Numbered from the stretch's first letter, positions 41,826-55,997 are shown. The stretch is DNA of 64,000 nt from Octopus sinensis (GCF_006345805.1 NW_021837031.1:2219-66218), one strand, 5' to 3'. The notes: generated by a model from the letters alone, not told the origin. Translations and numbers: made by a program.

Positions 41826-42040
41826 GGAGCTGCGTGGTTAATGGTTAGGGGGTTTGGTCATGATTGAATGATAGTGGTTTCGATTCCAAAACTAGACGAT
41901 CCGTTGGGTTCTTGAGCAAAACACTTCATTTCACGTTGCTACAGTCCCCTCAGCTGGCAAAAACTAGTATTCCTGTGACGAATATATACATTAGGAATCC
42001 GGCCAAACCGACCTCATGAGTCATATAAATGACTCGAGAA
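41826..42040 (+). mobile_element. Diverged tRNA-headed SINE (group C)
   Basis: ggttaatggttaggg..ggtttcgattcc..gttcttgagcaaaacacttcatttcacgttgct, as at 48646-48790. Confidence 0.75.
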
Positions 42041-43122
42041 TGAATTTTATATGACTCGGGAATGATGTTTATATGACTCGGAAATGAAGTTTATATGACT
42101 CGGGAATGAAGTTTATATGACTTGGGAATGAAGTTTATATGATTCAGGAATAAATTTTATATGACTCGGGAATGAAGTTTATATGACTCGAAGATGATGT
42201 TTATATGACTCGGGAATAAAGTTTGTATGACTCGGGAATGAAGTTTATATGACTCGGGAATGAAGTTTGTATGACTTGGGAATGAAGTTTATATGACTCG
42301 GGAATGAAGTTTATATGACTCGGGAATGATGTTTATATGACTCGGGAATGAAGTTTGTATGACTCGGGAATGAAGTTTATATGACTCGGGAATGAAGTTT
42401 ATATGACTCGGGAATGAAGTTTATATGACTCGAGGATGATGTTTATATGACTCGGGAATGAAGTTTATATGACTCGGGAATGAAGTTTATATGACTCTGG
42501 AATGAAGTTTATATGACTTGGGAATGAAGTTTATATGACTCGGGAATGAAGTTTATATGACTTGGGAATGAAGTTTATATGACTCGGGAATGAAGTTTAT
42601 ATGATTTGAGAATGAAGTTTATATGACTCGGGAATGAAGTTTGTATGACTCGGGAATGAAGTTTATATGACTCGGGAATGAAGTTTATATGACTCGGGAA
42701 TGAAGTTTATATGACTCGAGAATTAAGTTTATATGATTCAGGAATAAAGTTTATATAACTCGAGAATGATGTTTATATGACTCGGGAATAAAGTTTATAT
42801 GACTCGGGAATGAAGTTTGTATGACTCGGGAATGAAGTTTATATGACTCGGGAATGAAGTTTATATGACTCGGGAATGAAGTTTATATGATTCCGGAATA
42901 AAGTTTATATGACTCGGGAATGAAGTTTATATGACTCGGGAATTAAGTTTATATGACTCGGGAATGAAGTTTATATGACTCGGGAATGATGTTTATATGA
43001 CTCGGGAATGATGTTTATATGACTCGGGAATGAAGTTTATATGACTTGGGAATGATGTTTATATGACTCGGGAATAAAGTTTTTATAACTCGGGAATGAA
43101 GTTTTTATGACTCGAGAATGAT
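42026..43122. repeat. Minisatellite: ~50 copies of a 22-bp unit gactcgggaatgaagtttatat
   Basis: Period 22 (gact at 42251, 42273, 42295); first unit at 42031, last at 43109; no unique spacers. Confidence 0.97.
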
Positions 43123-44366
43123 CTAGTGTATAATACATTAACAAGTCTGAAGTACCCAGTAGCTTTCTGCACAGATAATGAGAGACATCAATTTACCTTT
43201 GAGATAGTTGTTGTGTATATTGGGATATCAGATAAATAAGTTCGTTTTCTTTTTCCCATTTATTATAATTCTTTCCACATTTATTTGAATTAACACGAAA
43301 ACTATTTTTCTTTATCGTAATTTTTTTTTCTTTTTATATTTCATTTCATCCTCTACAAATTTAATTTATCATTTTCAAAATTGAAATAAATTTTACCTTT
43401 TTTTTCAGACATATGACAACGGATTGCCAAGTAGTAGAAATTTATCGAACAAACCATTGGATCTATCTGTTTATATTTCGAATACTATCGCATTTAGCCA
43501 TTGCATTCTATCGCGCAACATGAGATTACCTTATAGATTTACGTTGCTTTGGTTTAGGAATAGGAAGTAATACTAAAATGATTTCTATGATAATTACAAA
43601 ACAAATCCATGGCCTTAAAATAATAATGCACCTGTGAACTATTTGAAATTAATTAAACACGTATAAAATTGTAATTAGCTCACATACGCAGGGACAGCTC
43701 ACATCTGTAGATACCCCCACCCCTTCCGATATTATGTTATTGTATTGTTGAATGGACGGGATCTTAGTGAAGTAGCAAGCCTTTATTCAGATACTTTCAC
43801 GAGACAAGCTATAGGATAAAAACAAAAGCGGATTCCAAACCGGGAGAGACATTACGTTCGGAAAACCGGATATAAATTACCTAAGAACTTAGAGATAATA
43901 ACTAACCAGTAAATGATATCGAAGGACTAATCCGTTTCTCGATAATTATTAATCAGAAATTCATTAACTGTTAGCTATTAACAATTGGCTGCCTAAGAGT
44001 TATTACCTAGTCAAGAATTCATTAGCTAGCTAATAGGGAGTTATTAGTCATAAGCCCTTTATTAATTATCTGTTTTCCCAGTTAATCGCTATTCCCTAGC
44101 ATTACATATATTACATTTGTTTACTTTATGTTTGGGTGTATGTATAAAAGTACAATTTCAGACATATAATAAACAAAGTGTGTGTATGTGTGTGTGAGAC
44201 ATATACGTGCATACATATATTTCTGCATGCGTATGTCTGTGTATATATATATGTATTTATGCTAGTATGTATGCCTATTTGTATCTATCTACCGTTAGTC
44301 TGTTTGCCTATACGCCTATCTGACAACACACGCAAACGGACACACACACACACACATCTATATATG

Positions 44367-44419
<53 letters not shown>

Positions 44420-44580
44420 AATATATATATATATATATACATATATAAATATATATGTATGTTGTATCTATCTATCTATCAATCCATCTAGCTATCTATC
44501 TCTCTCTATATATATACATATATAAATATATATGTATGTATGTATGTATGTATCTATCTACCTATCTATCAATCAATCCA

Positions 44581-44648
<68 letters not shown>

Positions 44649-44675
44649 ATATATGTATGTATGAATGTATGTATT

Positions 44676-44718
<43 letters not shown>

Positions 44719-44775
44719 CGTATACGTAGCACTCATGGATATATGCATGCATATATGTATGCATGTATGTATGTA

Positions 44776-44810
<35 letters not shown>

Positions 44811-45198
44811 GTTTGTATGTGTGCATCTATGTATGTATCTATGTACGTATGTACGCGTGTACTTACGTATGTATATATAAAATCTTAAAATCTTATAAAC
44901 ATCATGCTTCTCATTAGTGTGTTCGATATTGTTTATTAACGAGAAAGCTCCTTCATTAATGATTTACGAACTTGTCCAGTTGGTTCTCTATTGTTGGCCA
45001 TTCTAGCTTCATAGAAAATCACGTTGCCCAAAGGATTTCGAATCAACGTGGTTGATATTTGCAAACAGTTTCCTTGATTGAAGTATTAAAGAGGATGAGC
45101 ATATGCGAAGGAGATCTGACTTTATTATTCAATATTTAAGATAAACACGATTACACGATTGGCTGGGTGTTTGAATCTATGTTTACGCGCTCGCGTAA

Positions 45199-45230
<32 letters not shown>

Positions 45231-45397
45231 ACATACACACTCAGAGGCACACGCCCACACACGTATATTCTTATGTATGCGTCTATGTACATGTATATAT
45301 ACGTGTATATATGTATATGTGTACTTATATGTACGCATATGCATGCAGACACACACACACACATATATTTATTTATTTATCTATCTATATATACTGT

Positions 45398-45439
<42 letters not shown>

Positions 45440-46199
45440 TGTGTGTGTGTGTGTGTGTTTCTGCTGTTCTAGCTGAGATTTTCTGAGATCAATTACAGAT
45501 GAAAGTCATCTAATTACCGTGAATGTTTGTTATATTTCTCCTAACGCCTGAGTAATCTTTATCGTTACACGCTATTCTTCATACCGTTTTACCCTCACAT
45601 CAGAAGACATCAATGCTTCGTGCAGTATTTCTATAGTCCTCGGAGACATTCTCAAACTACAGTATGCTCTTGTCCAGCGAAGTTACATGATGGAGATATC
45701 TTTAAAGTTGCTTTTATTCCCTGGCAGCGCACTTTTAAGTTATGTTAGAGCATGATTTTCCATAGAATTATTTATTTGATTCCCAATACAAAGTCACCAT
45801 TTCCATTCGTAGATTTGCTTCATATTCTAATCTAAATAGAGGTTTTCATATAAAAAGATTTTGAATGAGTAGTTCTAGAAAATTGATTCCTTAAACGTCT
45901 TTTGCCTTTTTCTAACGTTTATTCTTACAATTTATCTGAATTCACATAGTCTCATTCTTGAAAGATAACTTTTAATACTACTTGTTAACATTTTATGAAA
46001 GCGAGTTGATTATCACAAAATTATATTCATGTTTTTACTGATATAAAGATTTTTAACTATGTATGAATATCCATTCTGTTTGTATATTGAATCTTGCTCT
46101 GCAAGCGTCTGTTAACCACATGGTTTCCATTCCAAGGACATCTAAACCAAATACAGGTTTTATCATAAAGATGATGTTCAACGTGTATTCATACTGTTT

Positions 46200-46465
46200 A
46201 TATCGGTTACTTCCGTACAGAAGGTTTGCACATCAGGCACCAAGATGTCTCCAATCATCATGGTTTGAGCTTAATTGCTTGAATCTTCCCCGGTGACGTT
46301 AAGTTGCTTTAGAGCTTCTTCGAAAGTAATGCACCATGTCTTTTTGTGAATTCCTTTCTGCTGTCGTGTTTCTGGTGTTTACCCATTCTGTAGCTGTCTT
46401 AAGTATTCATTCTTCAAGCAGTCGGAAAATATGGTCTGCTAGTCTCACAATTATTTTCTCCACAA
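46200..46465 (-). mobile_element. Old RTE-like LINE 3' fragment
   Basis: Degenerate RLADHIFRLLEE*ILKTATEW..KKTWCITFEEALKQLNV..WRHL, a C-terminal RTE-type pattern. Confidence 0.6.
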
Positions 46466-46639
46466 TATACTATATGTTGCGCCGATTGACTCTTCTCTTA
46501 TATTTCAAATAGAATATATCCAGGTCTACAGTGGGCTTTTTAAAACTATAGGGCGTCATGGAATGTGTTTTGCCGTGGTAATGATAGATGTTTTCCTTGC
46601 TATGATGTGCATCAAACAACATTAAAATACAACTTGGCA

Positions 46640-46900
46640 CATCATTGCCCAACCCTCTAAAGACATCCTTACAACAGTAAAGAAAAGAAACCTGACGCGG
46701 TATAGTCATATAAAACGATGCAGTGGCCTTGCAACAACCATTCTTCAAAGAACTATATTAGTGGAAAGACGAAAAAATGGACGAAGGATATATGCACAAA
46801 CAACGTCAAGGAATGGTCAGCCCAAAACACCTGAAAACCTGAGCGTCACAGACGGAATAAATGTGACCCTCGGCTCAAACGGAAGTTGAGAGTTCAAGAG
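46640..46900 (+). mobile_element. Old RTE-like LINE 3' fragment (opposite orientation)
   Basis: KDILTTVKKRNLTRYSHIKRCSGLATTILQRT..RRKNGRR..NNVKEWS resembles LKWFGHV..KTILQG..RRRGR..DNIKEW. Confidence 0.65.
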
Positions 46901-47336
46901 ATGAGCTACATTTCACTTTACAGATATTTGGTTGTTAGTCAGTAACAGGTTTAGTTATCGCGTAGACTTTCGTTCTTCGATCAAAATCATGTATCAATAT
47001 TATATGGAACTAAATCTTAGTTCAAGTAGTTCTATATTATATACGTATTGACTACTTATTGATTACTCGGTAGATAATCTTAATTCCTCAACTGTGATTT
47101 TCTCAGTTCAGCTGTTCTTCACCGTGCACAGTTGGCGTACGATACACACTTAACGGTAAAATGTCTAGCACTAAGAGGATTAGTAACAAATCACCTACTT
47201 TAGAATGAGGAGACATAAAGCTAGTCTACAGCTGCTAACTTTCCCATAACCATAGAGTGTCCACTGTAGAATCGACATTGAAACTGAAGCGCGACGTGAA
47301 TAAAATATTACTTCTCTCGGACGATGAGATATAAAT

Positions 47337-47670
47337 ATGCGCAGGAGTGGGTGTGGTAAGTAGCTGGGTTACCAGCCATATGGTTCCGGGTTCAGTCCCA
47401 CTGCGTGGGACATTGAGCAAGTGTCTTCGGGCCGACCAAAGCCTTGTGGGTGGATTTAGTAGCCGGAAACTGAAAGAAGACTATCGTATTCGTATATGTT
47501 TGTGTGTACGTGTTTGTCACCCCAACATCACTTGACAGCCGATGTTGGTGTATTTACGTTCCCGTAATATAGCGATTCGGCAAAAACTCTCGCTAGAATA
47601 AGTACTAGGCTTACAAAGAATAAGTCCTGTGGTCGATTTGCTTGACTAAAGGCGATGCACCAGCATGGCA
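47337..47670 (+). mobile_element. SINE family B
   Basis: gcgcaggagtgggtgtggtaagtagc..ggttccgggttcagtcccactgcgtgg..taaaggcgatgcaccagcatggc. Confidence 0.9.
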
Positions 47671-47781
47671 GAAAACCAACAATTCCAGGGAATTGAGAAC
47701 ATCCCTTTCTTAGTGGTAAGACCATAGCAGATCTTCTTCTAGCATAATGGATGTCTACTTACAGGCCATGCCTCTTATGTG

Positions 47782-47834
<53 letters not shown>

Positions 47835-47872
47835 TATAGTTTATTATGTATATGCATGTATATATATATATA

Positions 47873-47918
<46 letters not shown>

Positions 47919-47943
47919 GTATATATATATATGTATATATCTG

Positions 47944-47976
<33 letters not shown>

Positions 47977-48645
47977 GTCTATATATATATGTATTATATA
48001 TATATATGTATATATATATGTTCTGCACTCACAGGTCATTCTTCGACACCCATCCCTCTCCTCTCTGATTCCTTCTTTTCTCTCTTCTCTTCTCTTTGTT
48101 GCGTTTTGTCCCCCTTTTCTCTCTCTCTCTTTCTTTTCTTTTCCCTCTTCTCTGTCACGTGACTGTTGGCCGAAATCTGCCTTTCAGCTCCTGACCCTCG
48201 TCGTGTTAACATCGTTGTTCTTCGTCCGCCGCTATAAAGGCTTTTTCCAATGCGCCAGAGAAAAAATTTGGTTGCTTGTTATCAGTCGTAAGACACTTGT
48301 TGTTTTCACCGTTAATGCTTCTGTATTTCATGTTTCTGTATTCCATTGGTGTTTTTTTTTTTTTTATATCTGTCCCTTTGCTGTCCTGGTGTTCGTATGC
48401 ATTCGATCCTTCTTCCAGGAAATCTACGCTTCCAGCTTAGTTTTTCTTGGAGGGCTGGCCGTGATCTAGTAATCTCAAGATTAATCAGCCGAAATTACTA
48501 CGATGATCCGGTTCTTGACTGAAGACTGAGGGGTTCGAATGTCCTGTCCATGTTTATTGTATCGTCTTCTATGAGTTATACGTTCTTGTCCATGTTGTAT
48601 TTTTCTACATACCTTAATATATATATATATATGTATATATATACA

Positions 48646-48950
48646 CGAGCATGGCTCAGTGGTTAAAGCGTCGAGCTTACGATCGTCAGGTTGTGAGCTC
48701 GAATCCCAGACCGGGCTGCGTGTTGTGTTCTTGAGCAAGGCACTTTATTTCACGTTGCTCCAGTTCACTCAACTGTAGAAATGAGTTGCGACATCCCTTG
48801 GATAACATCAGTGGTGTGGAGAGGGGAGGCTGGTATGCTTGGGCGACTGCTGGTCTTCCATAAACTACCTTGCCCGGACTTGTGCCTGGGAGGGTAACTT
48901 TCTAGGTGCAATTCCATGGTCATTCATGACCGAAGGGGGTCTTTACCCTT
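48646..48950 (+). mobile_element. tRNA-headed SINE (group C variant)
   Basis: gagcatggctcagtggttaaagcg..gagctcgaatcccagaccgggctgcg head; ends gaagggggtctttacccttt. Confidence 0.88.
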
Positions 48951-49299
48951 TATACACGAGCAAAATGGTCCCCCGTCCAATGGACGGTGCTCAATCATAT
49001 CTGCTGAATAAAAAACAATCAGTGTTCTCTTTTCATTAAAAATAATTAAGTATGCCTTTATTTCAATAAAATTTTTGGTTTTGTTAAAAGAAGTTAAGGC
49101 AAAAAAAAATAATAACTTCTTGAGAAACCAAATAGTCTTTCCTTCCTTCATGCCAAGTTTGAAGAAAATATCTCTTTTGCATCTCACTTTTTGGTTCTCT
49201 TAAATATACTGCATTTTGTGGCATTATTTCAAGCCAGCCACCTATTTTGCGCAAGCTGCACGTGAATTTTTCTCGCGTACGCATAGTATCAATCGCAAC

Positions 49300-49520
49300 A
49301 GATGATGTACTTGCACGTACAAATGCACGTTCCCGCGGCTTTATGGATCGCATTCTCACATGGAATCGATTTTTGTAATTTCTTCAAGACTTATACATGC
49401 CCTGATACCGTCGGTATCTACATATCAAATTTGAGCGCAATCGGATGGATGATACCCGAGATCCTAGAAAACACAGACAGGCAGACAGAACGGATTTTAT
49501 TTAACATATATATATATATA
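49300..49520 (+). mobile_element. Possible non-autonomous Helitron/Helentron (DINE-1/HINE-like) end
   Basis: catatcaaatttgagcgcaatcgga..gagatc..acagacaggcagacagaac..ttttatt followed by (TA)n, the layout seen in DINE-like elements; a similar stretch lies in reverse at 16365-16485. Confidence 0.45.
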
Positions 49521-49594
49521 TGTATATAAAGATATATATGTAATTTTCACCTTCTGAGTTCTGCCTCTGGCGTGGTGTTATAGTAAAAAATACA

Positions 49595-50003
49595 TAAGGC
49601 GAACTGGCAGAATCGTTAGCACGCCAAGCGAAATGCTTACTGGTATTTCGTCTGCCGCTACGTTCTGAGTTCAAATTCCGCCGAGGTCGACTTTGCCTTT
49701 CATCCTTTCGGGATCGATTAAATAAGTACCAGTTACGCACTGGGGTCGATATAATCCACTTAATCCGTTTGTCTGTCCTTGTTTGTCCCCTCTGTGTTTA
49801 GCCCCTTTTGGGTAGTAAAGAAATAGGTATTTCGTCTGCCGCTACGTTCTGACTTCATATTCTGCCGAGGTCGACTTTGCCTTTCATCCTTTCGGGGTCG
49901 ATTAAATAAGTACCAGTTTCGCACTGGGGTCCATGTAATTGACTTAGTCCCTTTGTCCTTGTTTGTCCCCTCCATGATTCGCCCCTTGTGGGCAATAAAG
50001 AAT
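49595..50003 (+). mobile_element. SINE family A dimer
   Basis: Unit 1 49595-49826, unit 2 49827-50003, junction aaagaaataggtatttcgtctg. Confidence 0.93.
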
Positions 50004-50973
50004 TAAATATATAAGAAGGAACATGCACATAAAATATATATTGTCTGTATATAGTATAACATTAATCTGGGCAGTAACATGTGTATATGCAAAGGCATAT
50101 TCATGTCTATCTGCGTTCATATATGCGTTACTCTGGTCGAGACGTGACACAGATCGAAGAAAAGAAATGAAACAGAGATGGGAACTTTGAAACCGTGGTT
50201 GAGCCTGACAGCGTGTTTTCCCAACAATCAGGAGCACTAATATTACGACCATCAACATTATCCCCACCATTATCACCTCTGCCACCACCACACCATCACA
50301 GCATTTACCATACTTTGGTTCCTTTTTTTTTTTCTGTCAGGTGTCCTTTGATAGGTTTTTAAAGGTGATGTTACACCATAAAATTGTGATTAGACGGAAG
50401 TCCGAAGAGGAAATTAAAACTGCGACCCCGGGAGCTGACCTCTATTTCACAAATAATGAAAGAAAATAGGAAACAAACGCTAATCGATTTAATCACTCTG
50501 GTTATCATATGCAATGTTCAGGCTGTTTATTGCTTTCATTCTGTTGTTTTTTTTTTTTTTTTGTATTTTTGCTTTTGTGGTTTAGTGATTTTGTATTTTG
50601 TTTTCCAGTAGAATATATAATGGTGCTAGGAATGATTGCTAGAAAATTAGAAGTATCCGCATAAAATACAACTTAAACACACATACACACACACGTACAC
50701 ACACATGTAAAAGTATGCACACACACCTACATATACAGACGCACGCACATGTACACGGATGTGCAGACACATACAAACACACACAAGCATGCGCACACAG
50801 CACTCATTAGAGTGTATAGACGACGAACAGTTATCTCATTCTCTATCTATATGCATATGTGTACACATAGACACACTCATGCATAAGTACATCATTGTGT
50901 ATGTACATATATGTATATATCGCTCTCCCTTTTTCTCCCCTCTCTCTATTTCTCTATATATTCATACATGTAT

Positions 50974-51040
<67 letters not shown>

Positions 51041-51168
51041 CAACTTAAACGCGCACACACACGCGCGACCCCACTGGCATATATATATATGAGGTTGTCC
51101 ATAAAGCTAAGCACTTTATGAGCGTAAAACAATTGGTCACTCTATGACCGGTCATATATTGGGTCATC

Positions 51169-51401
51169 TAAGGCGGCGAGCTGGCAGAAACGTTAGCACG
51201 CCTGGTGAGATACGTTGCCGTATTTCGTCTGTCGTTACGTTCCGAGTTCAAATTCCGCCAAGATCGACTTTGCCTTTCATCCTTTCGGGGTCGATAAATT
51301 AAGTACCAGTTACGCACTGGGGTCGATGTAATCGACTTAATCCCTTTGTCTGTCCTTGTTTGTCCCCTCTGTGTTTAGCCCCTTGTGGGTAGTAAAGAAA
51401 T
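51169..51401 (+). mobile_element. SINE family A monomer with 15-bp TSD
   Basis: atatattgggtcatc at 51154-51168 and 51402-51416. Confidence 0.95.
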
Positions 51402-51705
51402 ATATATTGGGTCATCCCATAAATACTGCGGGGTTTTTTTTTGGGGGGGGGGGTAATTCATTAATTTTTCAAAATTAAGATAAACAAAGTTCTTTTTAAG
51501 CCTAAAATATAATGTCCTTCATTCCCTGCAATGCTCTCCCATTTATATGTTAGACATGCAACGATCCTCTTTCAAAATTCACTTGTCCGTGATGAAAAAG
51601 ACCCCTCCAGTACTGTTCTGACCCCGTCTACAAAATTCATATTTTTTCCATCCAAGTGATTTTGAAGAAAGCGAAATAAATGATAATCAGATGGGGCAAT
51701 ATCCG
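51402..51705 (-). mobile_element. Mariner 3' fragment, same family as 27058-27945
   Basis: TIR tattgggtcatcccataaatactgcg; SDIAPSDYHLFRFLQNHLDGK; aligns to 27058-27345. Confidence 0.88.
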
Positions 51706-51809
51706 AGGCTATAGTAGAAGACACTTGCCCAAGCTGCCACGCAATGGAAATGAACCCGGAACCATGTAGTTGGTAAGCAATCTACTTACCACAGCCATGT
51801 ACACAAGAT

Positions 51810-51970
51810 TTTGTATTCTCACTCTGTTTATTTTCTCTTATTCCTTTCTGTTGAAGAGCGTATGCTCGAAACGTAAAAGACTTTCTCACTTTCCCGAGCG
51901 TCAGACCAATACACCTGCTCGTTGTTCATACACTTGTCATCGTCTTTTGTTTTTTCTGTAAATTTCAACT
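51810..51970 (+). mobile_element. Short repeat with minimal hammerhead-like motif
   Basis: cttt-ctgttgaa-gagc-gtat-gctc-gaaacgta-aaag; homologous to 22480-22665. Confidence 0.72.
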
Positions 51971-51979
51971 ATATATACC

Positions 51980-51999
51980 TATGTATGTATGTATGTATG

Positions 52000-52030
<31 letters not shown>

Positions 52031-52975
52031 GTATGTATGTATGTATGTATGTACTTATGTATGTATGTATGTATGTATGTGTGTATGTATGTATGTATGT
52101 ATGTATGTGGGTATGTATGTAGCTAGGTATGTATTATGTATGTATGTATGTATGTATGTATGTATATATGTATGAATGCATGTATGTATATATGTATGAA
52201 TGCATGTATGTATATATGTATGAATGCATGTATGTATGCATGTATGTATATGTGTATGTCTCATAGCCGGCCGCCAACACTTTTTTCTGCAAAATAGTGG
52301 TAGCTTATCCTGTTCAGTTTATATTATTAGCATTATCCCGCTTTTGAGAATTTAAAATCGCTTCTTTACCTTTCTAAGACATTTCAACACTTCTAAATCA
52401 AACTTCGTTTGCTTGTTTACCTTCATCGTAATTTGACTTTAACGTATGTATGTATTTATGTATGTATGTATGTATGTATGTATGTATGTATGTATGTATG
52501 TATGTATGTATGTATGTATGTATGTATGTATGTATGTATGTATGTAGGCATGTATGCATGTATGTATGTATGTATGTATATATGTATGTATGTATGTATG
52601 TACGTATGTATGTATGTACGTATATATGTACGTATGTATGCATGTACGTACGTATGCATGTATGTACGTATATATGTACGTATGTATGTATGTACGTATA
52701 TATGTATGTATGTACGTATGTACGTATATATGTATGTATGTACGTATATATGTATGTATGTACGTATGTACGTATATATGTATGTATGTACTTATATACG
52801 TATCTATGTATGTATGTATGTATATATGTATGTATGCATGTATGTATGTACGTACGTATGTACATATATATGTATGTATGTATGTATGCAGGTATGTATG
52901 TAGGTATGTATGTATGTATGTATGTATGTATGTATGTATGTATGTATGTATGTATGTATGTATGTATGTATGTAT
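51980..52975. repeat. (TATG)n microsatellite tracts
   Basis: Read directly (51980-52258 and 52444-52975); source of the MYVC/HTYI ORFs. Confidence 0.95.
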
Positions 52976-53423
52976 TCTTGCTGGTCTCCTAACGATTCTA
53001 CCAGCTAACCACTCTGGAAATGGTTGCTTATATATACATATTGCTTCAACTTACCGATTCTGGAGGGATAAAACAGACACAGTTGATCTCATTGGGACTT
53101 GAATTTATTTCATATAGAGTTAGATAGAATGCCATGAATTATTGTCACCGACGCTTTAATCCACGTCTAGACACATAAAAAAAGGATATCACTTTTTTAT
53201 GGAGATTAAGATTTTAAAAGCATATCCTGGTGGAAGTGATCTCAGCTTACCTCAAGTGAGTATCTCTCATCTTCCCTTAAGCACTGCATACAGTATGGAA
53301 TACTAAGGGAAGAAGAGTGATCTCCCTTGCGTCTTCCACTATTTTTGTTTGTTTTTTTGGATATAAATTATAGGTATCGTATTGAGTCATTCAAGTCGAT
53401 CTGGATTAAATTAGTTCAAAGTG

Positions 53424-53730
53424 AAGGCGCATGGCTTAGTGGTTAGAGCAGCGGACTCACGGTCGAGGGATCGCGGGTTCGAATCTCAGACCGGGCGATG
53501 TGCGTGTTTTTATGAGAGAAACACCTAAGCTCCACGCAGCTCCGGCAGAAGGTAATGGCGAAACTTCTGCTGACACTTTCGCCACAACTTTCTCTCACTC
53601 TTTCATCCTGCATCTTGCAGCTAACCTGCGACGGACGGGTGTCCTGTCCAGGCAGGAAACCTATACGCCAAGGAAACCGGGAAACCGGCCCCTATGAGCC
53701 AGGCATGGCTCGAGAAGGAACAAAACAACA
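53424..53730 (+). mobile_element. tRNA-headed SINE (group C), full length
   Basis: A box tggcttagtgg, B box ggttcgaatc; 3' ccgggaaaccggcccctatgagccaggcatggctcgagaaggaac; (AAC)-rich tail. Confidence 0.92.
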
Positions 53731-54299
53731 AAATTACTTCAAGCAAGCAACCAGATTTACTTATGGGGTTGCATGAATGCATGTGTGAATGTCTATGGGT
53801 CTATGTGTGTGCGTGTGTTTATGTGCGTCTTTGTGTGTCTGCGCATGTGTGTGTGATTGTATTTGGGTAAAGACACAGGCAGAGATTATTACTAGGTGAC
53901 TGGATTCAAACATCACATGCAGTTATGGGGGAGAAGCATATTGCCGGGCTGATACCGCGATGCAGTCAACAGATGTACGGAGACAACGGCTAAAAAGAGA
54001 CATTTTTAACTAAGGGAAGTGCTAATAAATTGTCGTAGTCAATTGAATTTAAGCATTTCAGGAATGTAGTCAAAAATAAATAATAAAATAAAGAAAAGAA
54101 TTGACGTTTGAATTATTGAAAACATTTTTAGTTCCAACCCCACGTTAAATATAAACGCCCTTAAAATCGTCTTTCGTTAGTGCGTTGAGAGTTATCTCCC
54201 TTACACGCAGCCATATTTTTGCTCGCTAGTGTAGAAACTTACGAGTCACTAATATATACACACATACACACGAACACAAAGAAACTCGCGCGCGTTGGT

Positions 54300-54469
54300 G
54301 TATACATACATACATGCATACATACATACATACATACATACATACATACATACATACATACATACATACATACATACATGGTGGCTGCCACCTCGTTATC
54401 GAGTATGGCCATTGCTCGAAGCTACATATATACAAGCATACATACATACACACATATATACATACATAA

Positions 54470-54500
<31 letters not shown>

Positions 54501-54577
54501 CATACATACATACACACATATATACATACATACATACATACATACATACATACATACACACATATATACATACATAA

Positions 54578-54608
<31 letters not shown>

Positions 54609-54714
54609 CATACATACATACATACATACATACATACATACAGACGTACATACATACATACATACATACATACATTCATACATACATACATACATACATA
54701 CATACATACATACA

Positions 54715-54745
<31 letters not shown>
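54300..54745. repeat. (TACA)n microsatellite tracts
   Basis: Read directly from the sequence. Confidence 0.95.
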
Positions 54746-54747
<2 letters not shown>

Positions 54748-55265
54748 TCATGTATGCATGAAAGCATTGCATGTACGGAATTAGTTACGTGTTCGAGATT
54801 ACGTAATTCCTTAGTATCCAATTGGAATAGCTATCAATGTATCATACCTAATATATACAGAGATTGATAGGCCAGTTGCTGCATTATTTGCCATGAGATA
54901 ACAACTCATATGGATTTGTTGTATTCTAGATTTTAACAAACACGTTGTTGTGTGCTTTAGACCAAGTTTAACATAGAGGATATTCCATATGTATCTATTT
55001 CGTCCTTTTCATGATCACGCAACGTGTCTCCTTGTAAAAACAGGGAACGTCCATAAAAGAATATATTCTCTGTGGTTTCTATGCGATGCGTAACCCGTAT
55101 ATATCTTCTCACGTTGCTAAGGATTGCTTGAGATGTGTGATTTGAGTATTTCAATCTACAGTTCAGCGTTTTCTTTCTTTTCTTTTTTTTGCCTTCCGTT
55201 TTCTACTAGACTGTGCTCTCATCGCCTTTAAAGTTTCTCTTAGAGTGGTGAGATTGATAACGCTA

Positions 55266-55651
55266 CTAAGCACATGGTACAGGTTTCAGTCCCACTGCGT
55301 GGCATCTTGGGCAAGTGTCTTCTACTATAGGCTTGGGCCGACCGAAGCCTTGTGAGTGGAGTTGGTAGACGGAAACTGAAACAAGCCCGTCGTATATATG
55401 TATATATATTATATATATATATATATAATATATAATATATATATATGTATGTGTGTTTGTTCCCTCGCCAACATCGCTTGACAATCGATGTTGGTGTGTT
55501 TTCGTCCCCGTAACTTAGTGGTTCGGCAAAAGAGACCGATAGAATAAGTACTAAGCTTACAAAGAATAAGCCCTTGGGTCGATTTGCTCGACTAAAGGCG
55601 GTGCTCCAGCATGGCCACAGCCAAATTACTGAAACAAGTAAAAGAGTAAAA
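55266..55651 (+). mobile_element. SINE family B, 5'-truncated
   Basis: cagtcccactgcgtggcatcttgggcaagtg...ctgaaacaagtaaaagagtaaaa. Confidence 0.92.
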
Positions 55652-55962
55652 TAGGGAAAGCTGGGAATATGGCAGACCAAGAAATGTATTTAGAAGAAAA
55701 AAATAAGCTAAATAGAAAAGAAAAATAAAGGAGAAGTACAGATATAAAGAAGTTCTCTCATTATATAATTATGTTGCCTTCTTGAAATGGAGGATCTACA
55801 AAATTAGTAGCCTTTTATAATATATGCTGTAAATATTTAGCAGAAGTATTGAATTGTCAAAAATGATTGGTTGCTATACTGAGTTATGTCCCTTGAAGTT
55901 GTCTCCCTTTACAATTTCGTTCCACACCTTTCAAATGTTTATACAATATTTTTAAATGCTCG

Positions 55963-55997
<35 letters not shown>

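Noticed and set aside
42026-43122. CRISPR-like array
   Set aside because: The units are contiguous 22-mers with no unique spacers, there are no cas genes, and the context is eukaryotic.
43409-43570. Plus-strand terminal-exon candidate with a PLDLS (CtBP-binding) motif
   Set aside because: An acceptor-like site is present, but a 5-residue motif alone is weak and no partner exons were found.
53424-53496. tRNA gene
   Set aside because: It has A and B boxes but no proper acceptor stem and continues into a SINE body found in several copies.
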